From contig JAXLNO010000362.1 in assembly GCA_038087875.1 (NCBI GenBank), positions 1 to 64,000 on the forward strand: a DNA stretch of 64,000 nt. Direction: 5' to 3'. Below the pieces are notes generated by a model that saw nothing but the letters and a program-made list of their open reading frames with translations, did no database searches and was not told the origin of the DNA. This DNA is from Malacoraja senta (Eukaryota). The translations under genes were made by a program, and so were the position numbers. Every line of letters starts with the position of its first letter. The first letter of the stretch is position 1. This document shows positions 49,010 through 61,749 of this stretch, piece after piece.

Positions 49010-49902
49010 TGTCCGATCCCAGATATCCCGTCAGTTACCCGATCTCCCGGTCTGGAAGAGAAAGTCATTGCAGTAAAACTCCAGCAACCTATATACATTG
49101 AGCAACATGGATGCAATGCTGAGGCTCTATGAGGTGCTGGTGAGGCCGCATTTGGAATATTGTGAGAAATTTGAGCCCCGCATCTGATGAAGGATGTGTT
49201 GGCTCTGGAGAGGGTCCAGAGGAGATTTACAAGAATGGTCCCAGGAATGAGTGTGTTTACATATGATGAGCGTTTGACTGCACTGGGCCTGTACTAGCTG
49301 GAGTTTAGAAGAATGAGGGAGGACCACATTGAAACTTACCGAATAGTGAAAGGCTTGGATAGAGTGGATGTGGATAGGACTTTTCCACTAGTGGGAGGGG
49401 TCATAGCCTCAGAATTAGACGTTCTTTTAGGGAGATGAGCAGGAATTTCTTTAGTGAGAGGGTGTTGAATCTGTGGCATTCTTTGCCACAGAAGGCTGTG
49501 ACGGCCCAGTCAGTGGATATTGTTAAGATAGAGATAGATAGATTGTGAATCCGTACAGGTGTCAGGGGTTATAGGGAGAAGGCAGGAGAATGCGATTAGT
49601 AGGGAGAGATGGACCAGCCATGATTAAAAGGTGGAGTAGATTTGATGGGCTGAATGGCCTAATTCTGCTCCAATCCATGACCGTATATATCACCACCAGC
49701 ATACGCTGCACCAACTACATTGAAGCTGTGGTCAATAAAGCACACTGATGTCTCATCTTGCTCAAAAGATGAAGGAAGTTCAGCATTTCTCCAGTGATTC
49801 ACACCAACTTCTCCACATGAACTGTGAAAGAACACTGTTAGGTTGCATTACACTTTGGTTTGGGACCAGCTCTGCCCAAGACCACAAGACATTGCTGAGA
49901 GC

Positions 49903-50465
49903 TTAGTTTAGTTTAGAGATACAGCACAGAAACAGGTTCCCACGGCCCACCGAGTCCATGCAGACCAGTGATCACCCGTTCACACACTAGTTCTATGTTT
50001 AGTTTTTGAGATACAACATGGAAACTGGACCTTCAGCCCACCGTGTCCGCGCCGACTATCGATCACCTCTTCACACACAAGTTCTGTGTTTAGTCTAGAG
50101 ATACAACGTGGAAACAGGCCCTTCGACCCACCGAGTCCGTGCCGACCCAGCGATCCCCGCACACTAACACTATCCTACACACGCTAGGGACCATTTACAA
50201 TGTTGCCAAGCCAATTAACCTACAAACCTGCAGGTGATTGGAATGTGGGAGGAAACCAGAAAAAACCCAAGCAGGTCAAGAGTCCAGATTCAAGAATGTT
50301 TTATTGTCACATGTCCCAGATAGTACAATGAGATTCTTACTTGTGGCAGCACAAAATAATCTGTAAACGTGCAAACTCCGTACAGGCAGCACCCGAAGTC
50401 AGGATCGAACCCGGGTCACTGGCTCTGTGAGGCAGCAACTCTACCGCTGCTCCACCATGCTGCCC
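49903..50465 (-). mobile_element. HE1-like SINE with tandemly reiterated 3' tails and a small insert
   Basis: Three successive gtttag..agagataca..ggaaacagg tail units, then V-domain and head. Confidence 0.8.
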
Positions 50466-51844
50466 CTAACGTGGATATCGCCCAGTCCATCACATAAAGT
50501 GGTCTCCCCATTCCACCCCCTGAAGGGCCTTTTAGAAAGCATTTTATCAGGATGCATCGCAGCTTGCTTTGGGAACAGCTCCATCCAAGATCACAATAGG
50601 TCCTTCGGCCCACCATGTCCATGTCAGCCCTTTTTTCGGCTCATCTGTTGGTGTGGTTGTATAATTGCCATGTGTACCAGAATTCAGTGTTTGCACGCAA
50701 CCCTGGCAAGTCGTACTGTATAAGGTCATAAGTGATAGGAGCAGAATTAAGCCATTCGGCCCATCAAGTCTGCTCCACCATTCAATCATGTTTCAATGAG
50801 GTCCATCTTCATTCATCTTAACTCTAGCGACTACAGGCCCAGTGCTATCAAACGCTCATCATATGTTAACCCACTCATTCCTGGGATCATTCATGTAAAC
50901 CTCCTCTGGACCCTCTCCAGAGCCAGCACATCCTTCCTCAGATATGGGGTGCAAAATTGCTCCCAATATTGAGTACAATACATACTGAGAATCATGGGAG
51001 AGGGAGACACAGAAATACCTTTCTGACCTTTCTGTCCTGGGCCTCCTTCACTCTCAGAGTTAGGCCCAATGAAAATTGGGGAACAGCACCTCATATTTCG
51101 CTTGAGCAGCTTACATCGGTATGAATATCGACTTCTCTAACTTCGTAGCATTGCTTTCCCTCTTTCTCCATCCCTCCTCTTTCCCATTCTATGACCAGTC
51201 TGACTGTCCCCTTGATTAAATCTTATCTCTGTTTGCTTCGTTGTCACCTTCTCCTAGCTAACAATTATCTATTCTACATTTTCATCCAACCTCATTCCCT
51301 TTGTCTTGTTTTCACACATTTCACTTCCTTATCTCTGTGTCTCTCTCTCCCCTGACTCTCAGTCTGAAGACCCAAAACATCACCCATTCCTTCTCTCCGA
51401 TTCTCAGATTCGGGGACAGTTTCTTCCCAGCTGTGATCAGACAACTGAATCATTCTACCACAACCAGAGAGTAGCGCTGAACTACTGTCTACCTTTTTGA
51501 TGACCCTTGGACTATCCTTGATCAGACTTTGCTGGTTCTACCTTGCACCAAACGCTATTCCCCTATCATGTATCTGTACACTGTAAATGGAACAATTGTA
51601 ATCATGTGTAGGAAGGAACTGCAGATGCTGGTTTAAACCGAAGATAGACACAAAATGCTGGCTTAACTCAACGGCACAGGCAGCATCTCTGGAGAGAGAA
51701 TGGGTTTTCACACCTTACCCTTCCATATCTCTAGACTCTGGATAGAAGGAATGGGTGACGTTTTGGGTCAAGACCCTTCTTCTATCCAGAGATGCTGCCT
51801 GTCCCACTGAGTTACTCCAGCATTTTGTGTCTATCTTTGATTGT

Positions 51845-53613
51845 AGAATATAAAGCAGGATAGTAAAAGCTTCTTTAGGTATGTGAAAAGGCAAAAATTA
51901 GTTAAGACCAAAGTTGGACCATTGAAGACTGAAAAAGGTGAATTTATTATGGGTAACAAGGAAATGGCAAATGAGTTGAATAGGTACTTTGGATCTGTCT
52001 TCACTAAGGAGGACACAAACAATCTTCCTGATATAGTAGTGGCCAGAGTATCTGGGGTGACGGAGGAACTGAAGGAAATCCACATTAGGCAGGAAATGAT
52101 GTTGGATAGACTGATGGGACTGAAGGCTGATAAATCCCCAGGGCCTGATGGTCTGCATCCCAGGGTACTTAAGAAAGTGGCTCTAGAAATCGTGGATGCA
52201 TTGGTGATAATTATCCAATGTTCTATAGACTCAGGATCAGTTACTGTGGATTGGAAGGTGGCTAATGTTATCCCACTTTTTAAGAAAGGTGGGAGAGAGA
52301 AAACAGGGAATTATAGACCAGATAGCCTGACATCGGTGGTGGGGAAGATGCTGGAGTCAATTATAAAAGATGAGATAGCCTAACATTTGGATAGCAGTAA
52401 CAGGATCTGTCCGAGTCAGCATGGATTTACAAAGGGGAAATCATGCTTGTCTAATCTTCTGGAATTTTTTGAAGATGTAACTTAGAAAATGGACAAGGGA
52501 GAGCCAGTGGATGTAGTGTACCTGGACTTTCAGAAAACATTTGATAAAGTCCCACAGGAGATTAGTGGGCAAAATTAGGGCACATGGTATTGGGGGTCGA
52601 GTGCTCATTTGGATAGAGAAGTGGTTGGCAGACAGGAAACAAAGAGTAAGGATTAATGGGTCCCTTTCAGAATGGCAGGCAGTGACTAGTGGGGTACCGC
52701 AAGGCTCGGTGCTGTACAATATACAACAATGATTTGGATGAAGGGATTCAAAGTAACATTAGCAAATTTGCAGATGACACAAAGCTGGGTGACAGTGTGA
52801 ACTGTGGGGAGGATGCTATGAGAATGCAGGGTGACTTAGACAGGTTGGGGGAGTGGGCAGATGAAGTTTAATGCGGATAAATGTGAGGTTATCCACTTTG
52901 GTAGCAAAAACAGGAAGGCAGATTACTATCTAAATGGCGTCAAGTTGGGAAAAGTGGAAGTACAACGGGATCTGGGGTTCTTGTACATCAGTCTATGAAA
53001 GTCAGCATGCAGGTACAGCAAGCAGTGAAGAAAGCGAATGACATGTTGGCCTTTAGAACAAGAGGAATCAAATATAGGAGCAAAGAGGTCCTTCTGCAGT
53101 TGTACAGAGCCCTAGTGAGATCACACCTGGAGTATTGTGTGCAGTTTTGGTCCCCTAATTTGAGGAAGGACATTCTTGCTATTCAGGGAGTGCAGCGTAG
53201 GTTTACAAGACTAATTCCCGGGATGGCGGGGCTGTCATATGCTGAGAGAATGGAGCAGCTGGGCTTGTACACACTGGAGTTTAGAAGGATGAGAGGCAGG
53301 AAACCCGATGTTGGGTGAGTCCAGAACTAGGGGCCACAGTTTAAGAATAAGGAGTAAGCCATTTAGAATGGAGACGAGGAATCACTTTTTCTCACAGAGA
53401 GTGGTGAGTCTGTGGAATTCGCTGCCTCAGAGGGCGGTGGAGGCGGGTTCTCTGGATGCTTTCCAGAGAGAGCTAGATAGGGCTCTTAAAAATAGCGGAG
53501 TCGGGGGATATGGGGAAAAGGCCGGAACTGGGTACTGATTGGGGATGATCAGCCATGATCACATTGAATGACTCGAAGGGCCGAATGGCCTACTCCTGCA
53601 CCTATTGTCCATT
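51845..53613 (+). mobile_element. CR1 ORF2 (RT) and 3' UTR, about 1.8 kb, degraded
   Basis: NYRPDSLTSVVGK, YLDFQKTFD, FADDTKLG, HLEYCVQFWSP. Confidence 0.92.
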
Positions 53614-53890
53614 GTAAACATTTGTTGTCTTCCCGCTGATCGGTTAGCATTGAACAAAGGCTTTTCGCTGTAGCTTGGTGCACGTGACAATAAACTAAAC
53701 TAAATTCTCCAGGGATGCTGCTTGTCCCGCTGAGTTACTCCAGCCCTTTGTGTCTATCTTTGGTGTGAATCAGCATCTGCAGTTACCTTAATACACAAAG
53801 TATTTCAGTGATCAGACTCTGCACAAAGTCGCAACTCAGCTGAACTGGTGGTTGTTCATGGGAACGAGCAACAGACACGGAATTACGTAC

Positions 53891-53966
53891 CTGGGTTCTA
53901 TCCGCTGGTCGAGTATCGACTGACAAACACTCAGGGAGCCAGTGTCCTCATCCTCAGCGGCCGTCA
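53891..53966 (-). other. Probable 5' non-coding exon of the Siglec-like gene, containing uORF MRTLAP* (53951-53931)
   Basis: Unique-sequence island with donor CAG|gtacgt. An upstream ttctccacacag could be an acceptor, or the TSS lies nearby. Confidence 0.5.
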
Positions 53967-54004
53967 CTGTGTGGAGAACACAAATGTGTAGAGGGGTAGA
54001 TTAG

Positions 54005-54090
54005 CATCTGGAAACGGAAATAAAATAAGGAAGTATTCCTTTATCAGCAAACGGTTAACCCATTTATCCCCAGATGGGGCGTGACTTTGA
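54005..54090. promoter_or_regulatory. Candidate proximal promoter
   Basis: GAAACGGAAA (ISRE-like, 54011-54020), AGGAAGT (ETS, 54028-54034) and GGGGCGTG just upstream of the putative first exon. Confidence 0.4.
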
Positions 54091-54374
54091 CTTAGTGGAG
54101 GGAGTGCTGTACTGTGTGAAGAGTCCCTCACTATCTCTGCAAATCTATTCAGGCTCTGACCCTATTCCTGGTCTCTGTAACGTCCTCCCCACCAGCCCCT
54201 ACCCCCTCCCTGTCATATTGGAGGTATTTAATCTAACAGTCTCCTGTTCAACAGTGCCATGGTTACGTTGCTCATTTGGTTAAGACTGCACTGATTCAAG
54301 AATTGTTTAGGAAAGAACTGCAGATACTGGTTTGGAAAGGCAGCATCTCTGGATAGAAGAAGGGTCTCGACGAG

Positions 54375-55065
54375 AGTAAGTCTGAGGTCATCCTTCTCGG
54401 CCCCTCGGACTCAATCAAAATGATAGCAGGCAGCCTTGGAAGCCTTACCCCACTACTCAAACCTCACGTCAAAAACCTTGGCGTGATATTTGACTCAGCA
54501 CTGAAATTTGACAAACAAGTCAATGCCGTGGTAAAAGCTGGTCCAAAACGCCGCAGGGAGACTCCTGACGGGCACCCAAAAAAGGGACCACATCACCCCG
54601 ATCCTGGCCTCTCTCCACTGGCTCCCTGTGCGGTTCCGTATAAACTTCAAGATCCTCCTCCATGTCTACAAAGCCCTCAATGGGCTTGCCCCCACCTACA
54701 TAACAAGTCTTCTCATCCACCACTCCACCTCCAGGCCCCTCAGATCGGCCGACTTGGGGTTGCTGAATATCCCACGGTCTAGGCATAAACTCAGGGGCGA
54801 CCGCGCCTTTGCGGTTGCAGCCCCTAGACTGTGGAACAGCATCCCCTTTCCCATCAGAACTGCCCCCTCCATCAACTCTTTTAAGTCAAGACAAAAGACT
54901 TATCTATACTCCCAAGCCTTTCCTGACGTCCTCTGAGTGAGGGCTACATGTATATATGTATGTAGTTTGTTTTGTTTGTGCTATTCTTATAACAAATGTA
55001 AAGCACTTTGGCCAACGACAGTTGTTTTTTAAATGTGCTCTATAAATAAATGTGACTTGACTTGA
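54375..55065 (+). mobile_element. L2-clade LINE 3' fragment
   Basis: KNLGVIFDSAL, HITPILASLHWLPVRFRINFK, GDRAFAVAAPRLWNS; (tgact)n tail. Confidence 0.88.
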
Positions 55066-55447
55066 CCCGAAACATCACCCATACCTTCTCTCCAGAGATG
55101 CCGCCTGACCCGCTGAGTTACTGATTCAAGAATGTCTGGGATTGTGCAAGACAAGTTTGCCCAACTAACTCTGCAAAGTTTTATAATGAATAGGCAGAGG
55201 GTCAGAACCAAGAACAGAGAACAGCACAGCACAGGAACAGCCCCTTCGACCCACAATGTCCGTGTCGAACATAATGCCAAATTAATCTCCTTTGCCTGCA
55301 CATAATCTGTAACTCTGCATTCCCTGCATGTCCATGTGCCTATCTAAAGGCCACCAAAACACAACTATCACCGCTGCGTCGACCATCACCCCAAGGCACC
55401 ACCACTCTCTGGGTAAAAAACAATCCCCACACATTTTAGATCTCGTT

Positions 55448-55828
55448 AAGTTTAGAGATACAGCATGGAAACAGGCCCCTCGGCCCACCGTGTCCGCGCC
55501 GACCATCGATCACCCGTTCACACACCAGTTCTATGTTTAGTTTAGAGATACAGGGCCTTCGCCCCACCAAGTCTGTGCCAACCAGCGATCCCTGCACAGT
55601 AACACCATTCGATACACACTAGGGACAATTTTACATTGAAACCAAGCCAATTAACCTATAAACCCGTACGTCTTTGGAATGTGGGAGGAAACCGAAGATC
55701 TCGGAGAAAATCCACGCAGGTCACGGGAAGAACGTGCAAACTCCGTACAGACAGCGCATGTAGTCCGGAGCGAACCCAGGTCTCTGGAGCTGTGAGGCAG
55801 CAACTATACCGCTGCGTCACCATGCCGC
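55448..55828 (-). mobile_element. HE1-like V-SINE with duplicated tail
   Basis: Head, V-domain and tail as in the other copies. Confidence 0.85.
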
Positions 55829-57877
55829 CTCTTTCAGCTTTCCCCCTCTGACCTTAATTTGCCCCCGTAAGTTATTCCTAGTGTATGAGTAAGAGTCATG
55901 GAATCAGTGAAGTGGCAGAGACTTGAGAGGCCCAACAACCTTGTGCTTCACGAGGCAGTGGACAGAAGTAGTAACAGGAAACTTACTGTGAAAAATGAAA
56001 GTCCTTTCTTCAGAAGTGAAAATGTATCAAACAGTTCCCCAAAGCTGAGGGTGCAGAACAGTCCCTTTATTAATCAAGAAAGCAAAGTGCTGGAGGAACT
56101 CAGCAGATCTGCGGAGGGAGTGGAATAGTATCACCAGTTCCTTGTTTCCACAAATGACATTTCAGATTGAGTCTAGACTGAAGGAGGAGAGTAGAAAAGT
56201 GGAAAAGCAAGGTCATAGTCAGAGTGATACCAAGTGCAAACAGGCCCTTCGGCTCATCTTGCCCACACCTGCAAACATCACAGCTACACTAGTCCCACCT
56301 GCCCACGTTTGGTCCATATCCCTCCAAACCTGTCCTACCCATGTATCTGCCTGTTTCTTAAAAATTGGGATAGCCAATGCCTCAACTACCTCCTCTGGCA
56401 GCTTGTTCCATGCACCAACCACCCTTTGTGAAAAAGTTACCCCTCAGATTCTAATTAACTTTTTCCCCCTCTCACCTTAAACCTATGTTTTTGGTCCTCG
56501 ATTCACCTACTCTGGGCAAGAGACTCTGTGTGTCTACACGATCTATTCCTCTCATGATTTTATGCACCTCCATAAGATCACCCATCATCTTCATGCGTGC
56601 AAGGAATAGTATCCCAGCCTATCCATTCCTGGCAACATCCTCATAAATCTTCTCCGTACCCTTTCCAGCTGAAAACATGTTTCCTATCACACGGTGCCCA
56701 GAACTGAAGGCACATATTCTAAATGCGGCTTCACCAACGTCTTACACAACTGCAACATGACCTCCCAACTTCTAAACTGTGCGAACTGTGTGAGCAGGTG
56801 TGAATGGGTCAAAGCATGGCAAGTGATAGGTGGATACAGGTGAGGGGGGCAGATGATTAGACTAGGTGGGAGAATCTAAGTACAGAGGTCACAGCCCCAG
56901 AATTGGAGGACATTCTTTTGGGAAGGTGATAAGAAGGAATTTCTTAAGTCAGATGATGGTGAATGTGGAATTCTTTGCCACAGAAGGCTGTGGAGGCCGT
57001 CAATGAATATTTTTTAAGGTACAAAATACACCAGATATTCTTGATTAGTACGGGTGTCAGGGGTTATGGGGAGAAGGCAGGAGAATGGGTTGGGAGGGAA
57101 AGATAGACCAGCCATGATTGAATGTCGCAGTAGACTTGATGGGCCAAATGGCTTAATTCGGCTCCTATCATAAGGTCATCAGGAATAGAAGAATGTCTTT
57201 TAATTCTGAGGCTGTGACCTCTACTCCTAGACTCAGGTGTGGAAACATCCTCTCCACATCCACTCTATCCAAGCCTTTCACTATTCTGTATGTTTCATTG
57301 AGGTCCTCCTTCATTCTTCTCAACTCCAGCGAATATAAGCCCAGTGCCAACAAACGCTGATCATAGGTTAACCTCCTGATTCCTGGGATCATTCTTGTAA
57401 ACCTCCTCTGGACCCTCTCCAGAGCCAGCACTTCCTTCCTCAGAGCCGGTGCCCATAATCGCTCCCAATATTCCAAATGCGGCCTCATCAGCGCCTTATG
57501 GAGCCTCAACATTATATCCCTGTTTTTGTATAAAAACACTCTTGAAATAAATGCTAGCATTGAGTTTGCTCTCTTTACTACTGTTATCACTATAACATAT
57601 CATGTGGCAGAGACTCGAGAGGCCCAACGACTTCTTGATATATGAGGAAGTAGACAGAAGTTGTAACAGGAAATTTAGTGCTAAAAATGAAAATGTTCTT
57701 TCACAGAATGAAGGGAAATGTATTCATTTGCACCCTCACCTCTAAGTTCCCCAGAGGTGAGGGTGCAAAACACCCCCTTTATTCATTGAGGAAACAAAGT
57801 GCTGGAGTAACTCAGCGGGACGGGCAGCATCTCTGCAGAGAAGGAATGGGTGACGTTTCGGGTCGAGGCCTTTCTTT

Positions 57878-58918
57878 TAGCAATGTTACAAAATTTTGAG
57901 ATTTTAAAAATAAAATCTGCAATTTATCCCATCAGATAAAGCATAAAAAGAAGTTTAGTTTGACACCTAATTCACTTTCATATCTTCAGTATTAAAGAGG
58001 TTATGGCCATTTTCATACTCGGAAATTAGCATCTTGTTCCCTATTGCTTTTCCATTGACTTAACACAAAAGCTGTGATCGAGGACAGTTAAAAGCCCATA
58101 ACGTTCTTAAAAATTAAGATAACTGAAAGAAATTTTCAGTTATTATAGATTAAAGCATTCTGAAACAAATATGAAACAATCTTACTTAGAAGACATGAAA
58201 GTAAAGCATATAATTAGTTAGTTACCTAATTGTAGCTAATCACAAAATTCAATTACTAGATCTAAACATCTATCAATTTCTTAAGAATAGATTAACATTT
58301 TTAAATAGCCTAAGTGTCCAAATAACATTCACACAATAATTCACAATATAACATAATTTTAAAATCTCATTTTCATGAATTTACAAGCCAAATGGAAGTA
58401 ATTGAATGTTTAATACCTGTAAATTAATGGGGATTTAAATCATCTTGTGAGTGAGGATTTCAGGAACGCGATCTTTTGGAACGTTCATTTGCGGTGAATT
58501 TAACCCCGTATTGGCATGAAAAATACTGCCGTTAGTTCGGGGAATAAAATCACCGTGTCGCATGAAAAATTGTGAATTAAAGGCTTCTTAAGAAGCACTT
58601 TTATATATTTAAAGAAACCACTTTCATTTACCTGTCCCGTGTGTGAAATCCGTCCCCGTTATCGGCGTTGACGCTTCAGGAGCTGCTTTTAAAATTACTT
58701 TAGCGCTGACATTGACGATTTAATAAAAATAAAAAATACACAAAAGGCCGCTAGGAACGATTTGTCAGCAAACGCTTGTACTCCAATGAAATATTAACCA
58801 GGACAAGGGAGGAGAAACCCGCGTTTTAACCCCGCCCCCCCTTAAAGGCGCCAAAATCGCGCACACGGCCAGTGGCAGAATTACAGCGCGACTGAAGGTA
58901 AGTTTTGTAACATACCTA
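57878..58918. mobile_element. Non-autonomous DNA transposon (MITE-like, possibly hAT)
   Basis: Imperfect 16-bp TIRs tagcaatgttacaaaa / ttttgtaacataccta; flanks tttcttt / cttcttt; splits a Penelope hammerhead repeat; AT-rich with no ORF. Confidence 0.7.
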
Positions 58919-59231
58919 CTTCTTTAGACTGAGAGTCAGGGGAGAGGGAAACGAGAGATATGGACGGTGATGTAGAGAGATATAAAACAAATGAATGAAA
59001 GATATGCAAAATTAGTAACAATGGTAAAGGAAACAAGCCATTGTTGGCAGTTTACTAGGTGAGAACAAGAAGCTGGTGCGACTTGGGTGGGAGAGGGATG
59101 GAGAGAGAGGGAATGCAGGTGTTACTTGAAGTTAGAGAAATCAATATTCATACTGGACCGAGAGGCAGTAAGGAAGCGGTGCAAAAGCATCGATATTAGT
59201 CGGCAGGTCTGTCCGACAGAAACAAAATCTG

Positions 59232-59250
59232 TGGCGCCACCTGGTGGTCA
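59232..59250 (-). promoter_or_regulatory. CTCF consensus motif in the 5' LTR
   Basis: tgaccaccaggtggcgcca. Confidence 0.6.
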
Positions 59251-60871
59251 AGCCACTTACTGATCGAACCCTTGTCACCAGAACTGGAACGGTCACGTGA
59301 CTGCGTTTAGCGGGAAGAGAAGGTCATCAGTTAAGGGGTGTGTCCTACAACAACAGCAGAAACTTAGCTCGAGATCGCGAGTCAACAACCTCGCTCGACA
59401 GCAACAACAATGTGTATATGTGTGTATGCCAAACCTGTAATGTCTTAATAAAAACGTTTGTGCACGTTTGGACACTTTGTGACCCAGACGATCCGAAATG
59501 GTATTTTGTATTTTCCGTTATGGATACAGCCGACTACTCCGAGCTGCAGCATGATGCCACCGGTGACAGCCTCAACGTGCTCCTGTAACGTACCTTTGGG
59601 CTCCACCGCTGCAATCGGGCCGCTCGACTCTTGTCTATGATTGGTCTCGGCGATCGCAGGCTGTTCAGGTCAATGGGCGCGATCCAGGCCTTGATTGACG
59701 ACCTCCGGCCTGCCTTCTGTTCGTGCATGTTTACCTGGGGAAGATGCCCGATTACGTCCGCCTGCTCCTCGCCGGTGCGGATTTTGATAATCCCCGGCCG
59801 ATGGCTGCCCGTACGGTCGAGCTGTGGCCGGCCCAGCAGCAGGGTGGAGCCTCGGTCAGTCCTGTGTTGGCGGTACCACGACGGATTCTACAGCCCACGG
59901 CCGGGACGGGCCACAGACAGAGCTCCTCCTGGCCCACGGCCGCCAGTTCCTGTCTCCTCTGACGGGGTGGCAGTGCAGCCGGTCTTGAATGCACCTAGCG
60001 AAGGTCTGTGGTGCTCCTATCTCCAGCGGTGGAGTTACGAGGCCCATCGAGGCCAACCGCCCTGCAAGCATTCTGGAAACACCTCGGCCAACCACCAGCA
60101 ATGGCTTCTGCGACCGGCCAGCACCATCGCCTCTATGTTGGGAGACCGGTTTCCAAGAGGCGTTCCTTTGTTGACACGGGAGCAGCGGTGAGCATTTTGC
60201 CCCGTCTGGGGGTGTCGACGCTCGTTCTGGGCTGCCGGGCCTTGCTCTGACCTCCGTCAACTGCATCCCATCCGGACATCCGGTGTTTGCACAGATTTTT
60301 TGCATTTTCGACTCCTGTTGGTTTTCCTTGTTCTTTCATTATTGCCGACGTATCACAGCCGCTGCTGGGCGCTGATTTTTCTTGGCACACCACAATGTTG
60401 GTCAATGAGAAGGGACAGCGTCTCACCCCTTCTGCAGATTTGCCTTGGTCTCCTTGCATCCCACGGCCGGGAGGGCCCATAGCCGGAGCGCTGTCTTCGC
60501 CCGCGGGCCCCACAGTCTTGACCCACAGCAGGAGCCATCCTCAACCATGCTGGTGCACATTCCGGATGAAGGTGGGCTCACTCTTTTCTGTTTCACTGTC
60601 CCGCCCGCTTCTGCCCTCAAGTACTGCCTGCGTGTCTACCTAATGTGACTTTTGTGCTCGACATGGGTGGCTCGTCTTCAGCCCGCTCATTTAGGACATT
60701 GGTCAGCCCGTACAGGAGACCCAGCGTCGCCGTCGGGGCTGTCTGCGTTCTGCCCGCTTCCGCTCTCATCTTTGCCGGTTGTGTTTCCGAGCGCGCATGT
60801 TGTGTTTACAAGTTCAGGCCGTTGCGTTTCGTCTGCCTGCTCATTTTCATTCCTCTGGTTCTGGAGTCATG

Positions 60872-60890
60872 TGGTGCCACCTGGTGGTCA
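60872..60890 (-). promoter_or_regulatory. CTCF consensus motif in the 3' LTR
   Basis: tgaccaccaggtggcacca. Confidence 0.55.
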
Positions 60891-61749
60891 AGCCACTTAC
60901 TGATCGAACCCTCGTCACCAGAACTGGAACAGTCATGTGACTGTGTTTGACAGCAAGATAATTTCATCAGTTAAGGGGTGGGTCCTACAACAGCAGAAAA
61001 GTAGCTCGAGATCGCATGTTAACAACCTCGCTCGGCAGCAGCAACAATGACTTTGTGTCAGAGTGTACCACACACGTGTGTATGCCAAACCTGTAATGTC
61101 TTAATAAACACAGCGTTTGTACATAACGGTTGGACACTCGACAATCTGTCATAAAAAGGTCTGTTATCACAAGGGTTTACGGTCGAGAGGGTGAATTTAG
61201 TTGAGCAGGGAACCACAGATGCTGGCTTAAACCAAAGATGAACACAAAAAGCTGGAGTAACTCAATGGGTCAGTTTAGTTTAGTTTAGAGATACAACGTG
61301 GAAACAGGCCCTTCTGCCCACCCAGTCCGCGATGACCATCGATCACCCGTTCACACTAAGTATGTGTTTATAGTCAATAGACAAGGGACAATAGACAATA
61401 GGTGCAGGAGTAGGCCATTCGGCCCTTCGAGCCAGCACCGCCATTCACTGTCATCGTGGCTGATCATCCACAATCAGTACCCCATTCCTGCCTTCTCCCC
61501 ATATCCCTTGACTCCGCTATCTTTAAGAGCTCTATCTAACTCTCTCTTGAAAATATCCAGAGAATTGCCCTCCACTGCCTCCTGAGGCAGAGAATTCCAG
61601 ATTCACAACTCGCTGGGTGAAAAGGTGTTTCCTCATCTCCGTTCTACGTGGCCTACCCCTTATTCTTAAACTGTGTTCCCTGGTTCTGGACTCCCCCAAC
61701 ATCGGGAACAAGTTTCTTGCCTCTAGCATGTCCAATGCCTCTAGCATGT

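Larger units (their letters stand above)
59230..61143 (+). mobile_element. Internally deleted Gypsy-type LTR element (LTRs at about 59230-59478 and 60870-61143; gag and protease remnants, no RT seen)
   Basis: Direct repeats of about 250-270 bp starting TG, each with AATAAA; VDTGAAVSILP and FIIADVSQPLLGADF aspartic-protease motifs. Confidence 0.85.

Noticed and set aside
48074..49076. Long Pro/His-rich ORFs, and a possible CRISPR-like array
   Set aside because: These are translations of a stop-free 33-bp minisatellite; there are no unique spacers and the context is vertebrate.
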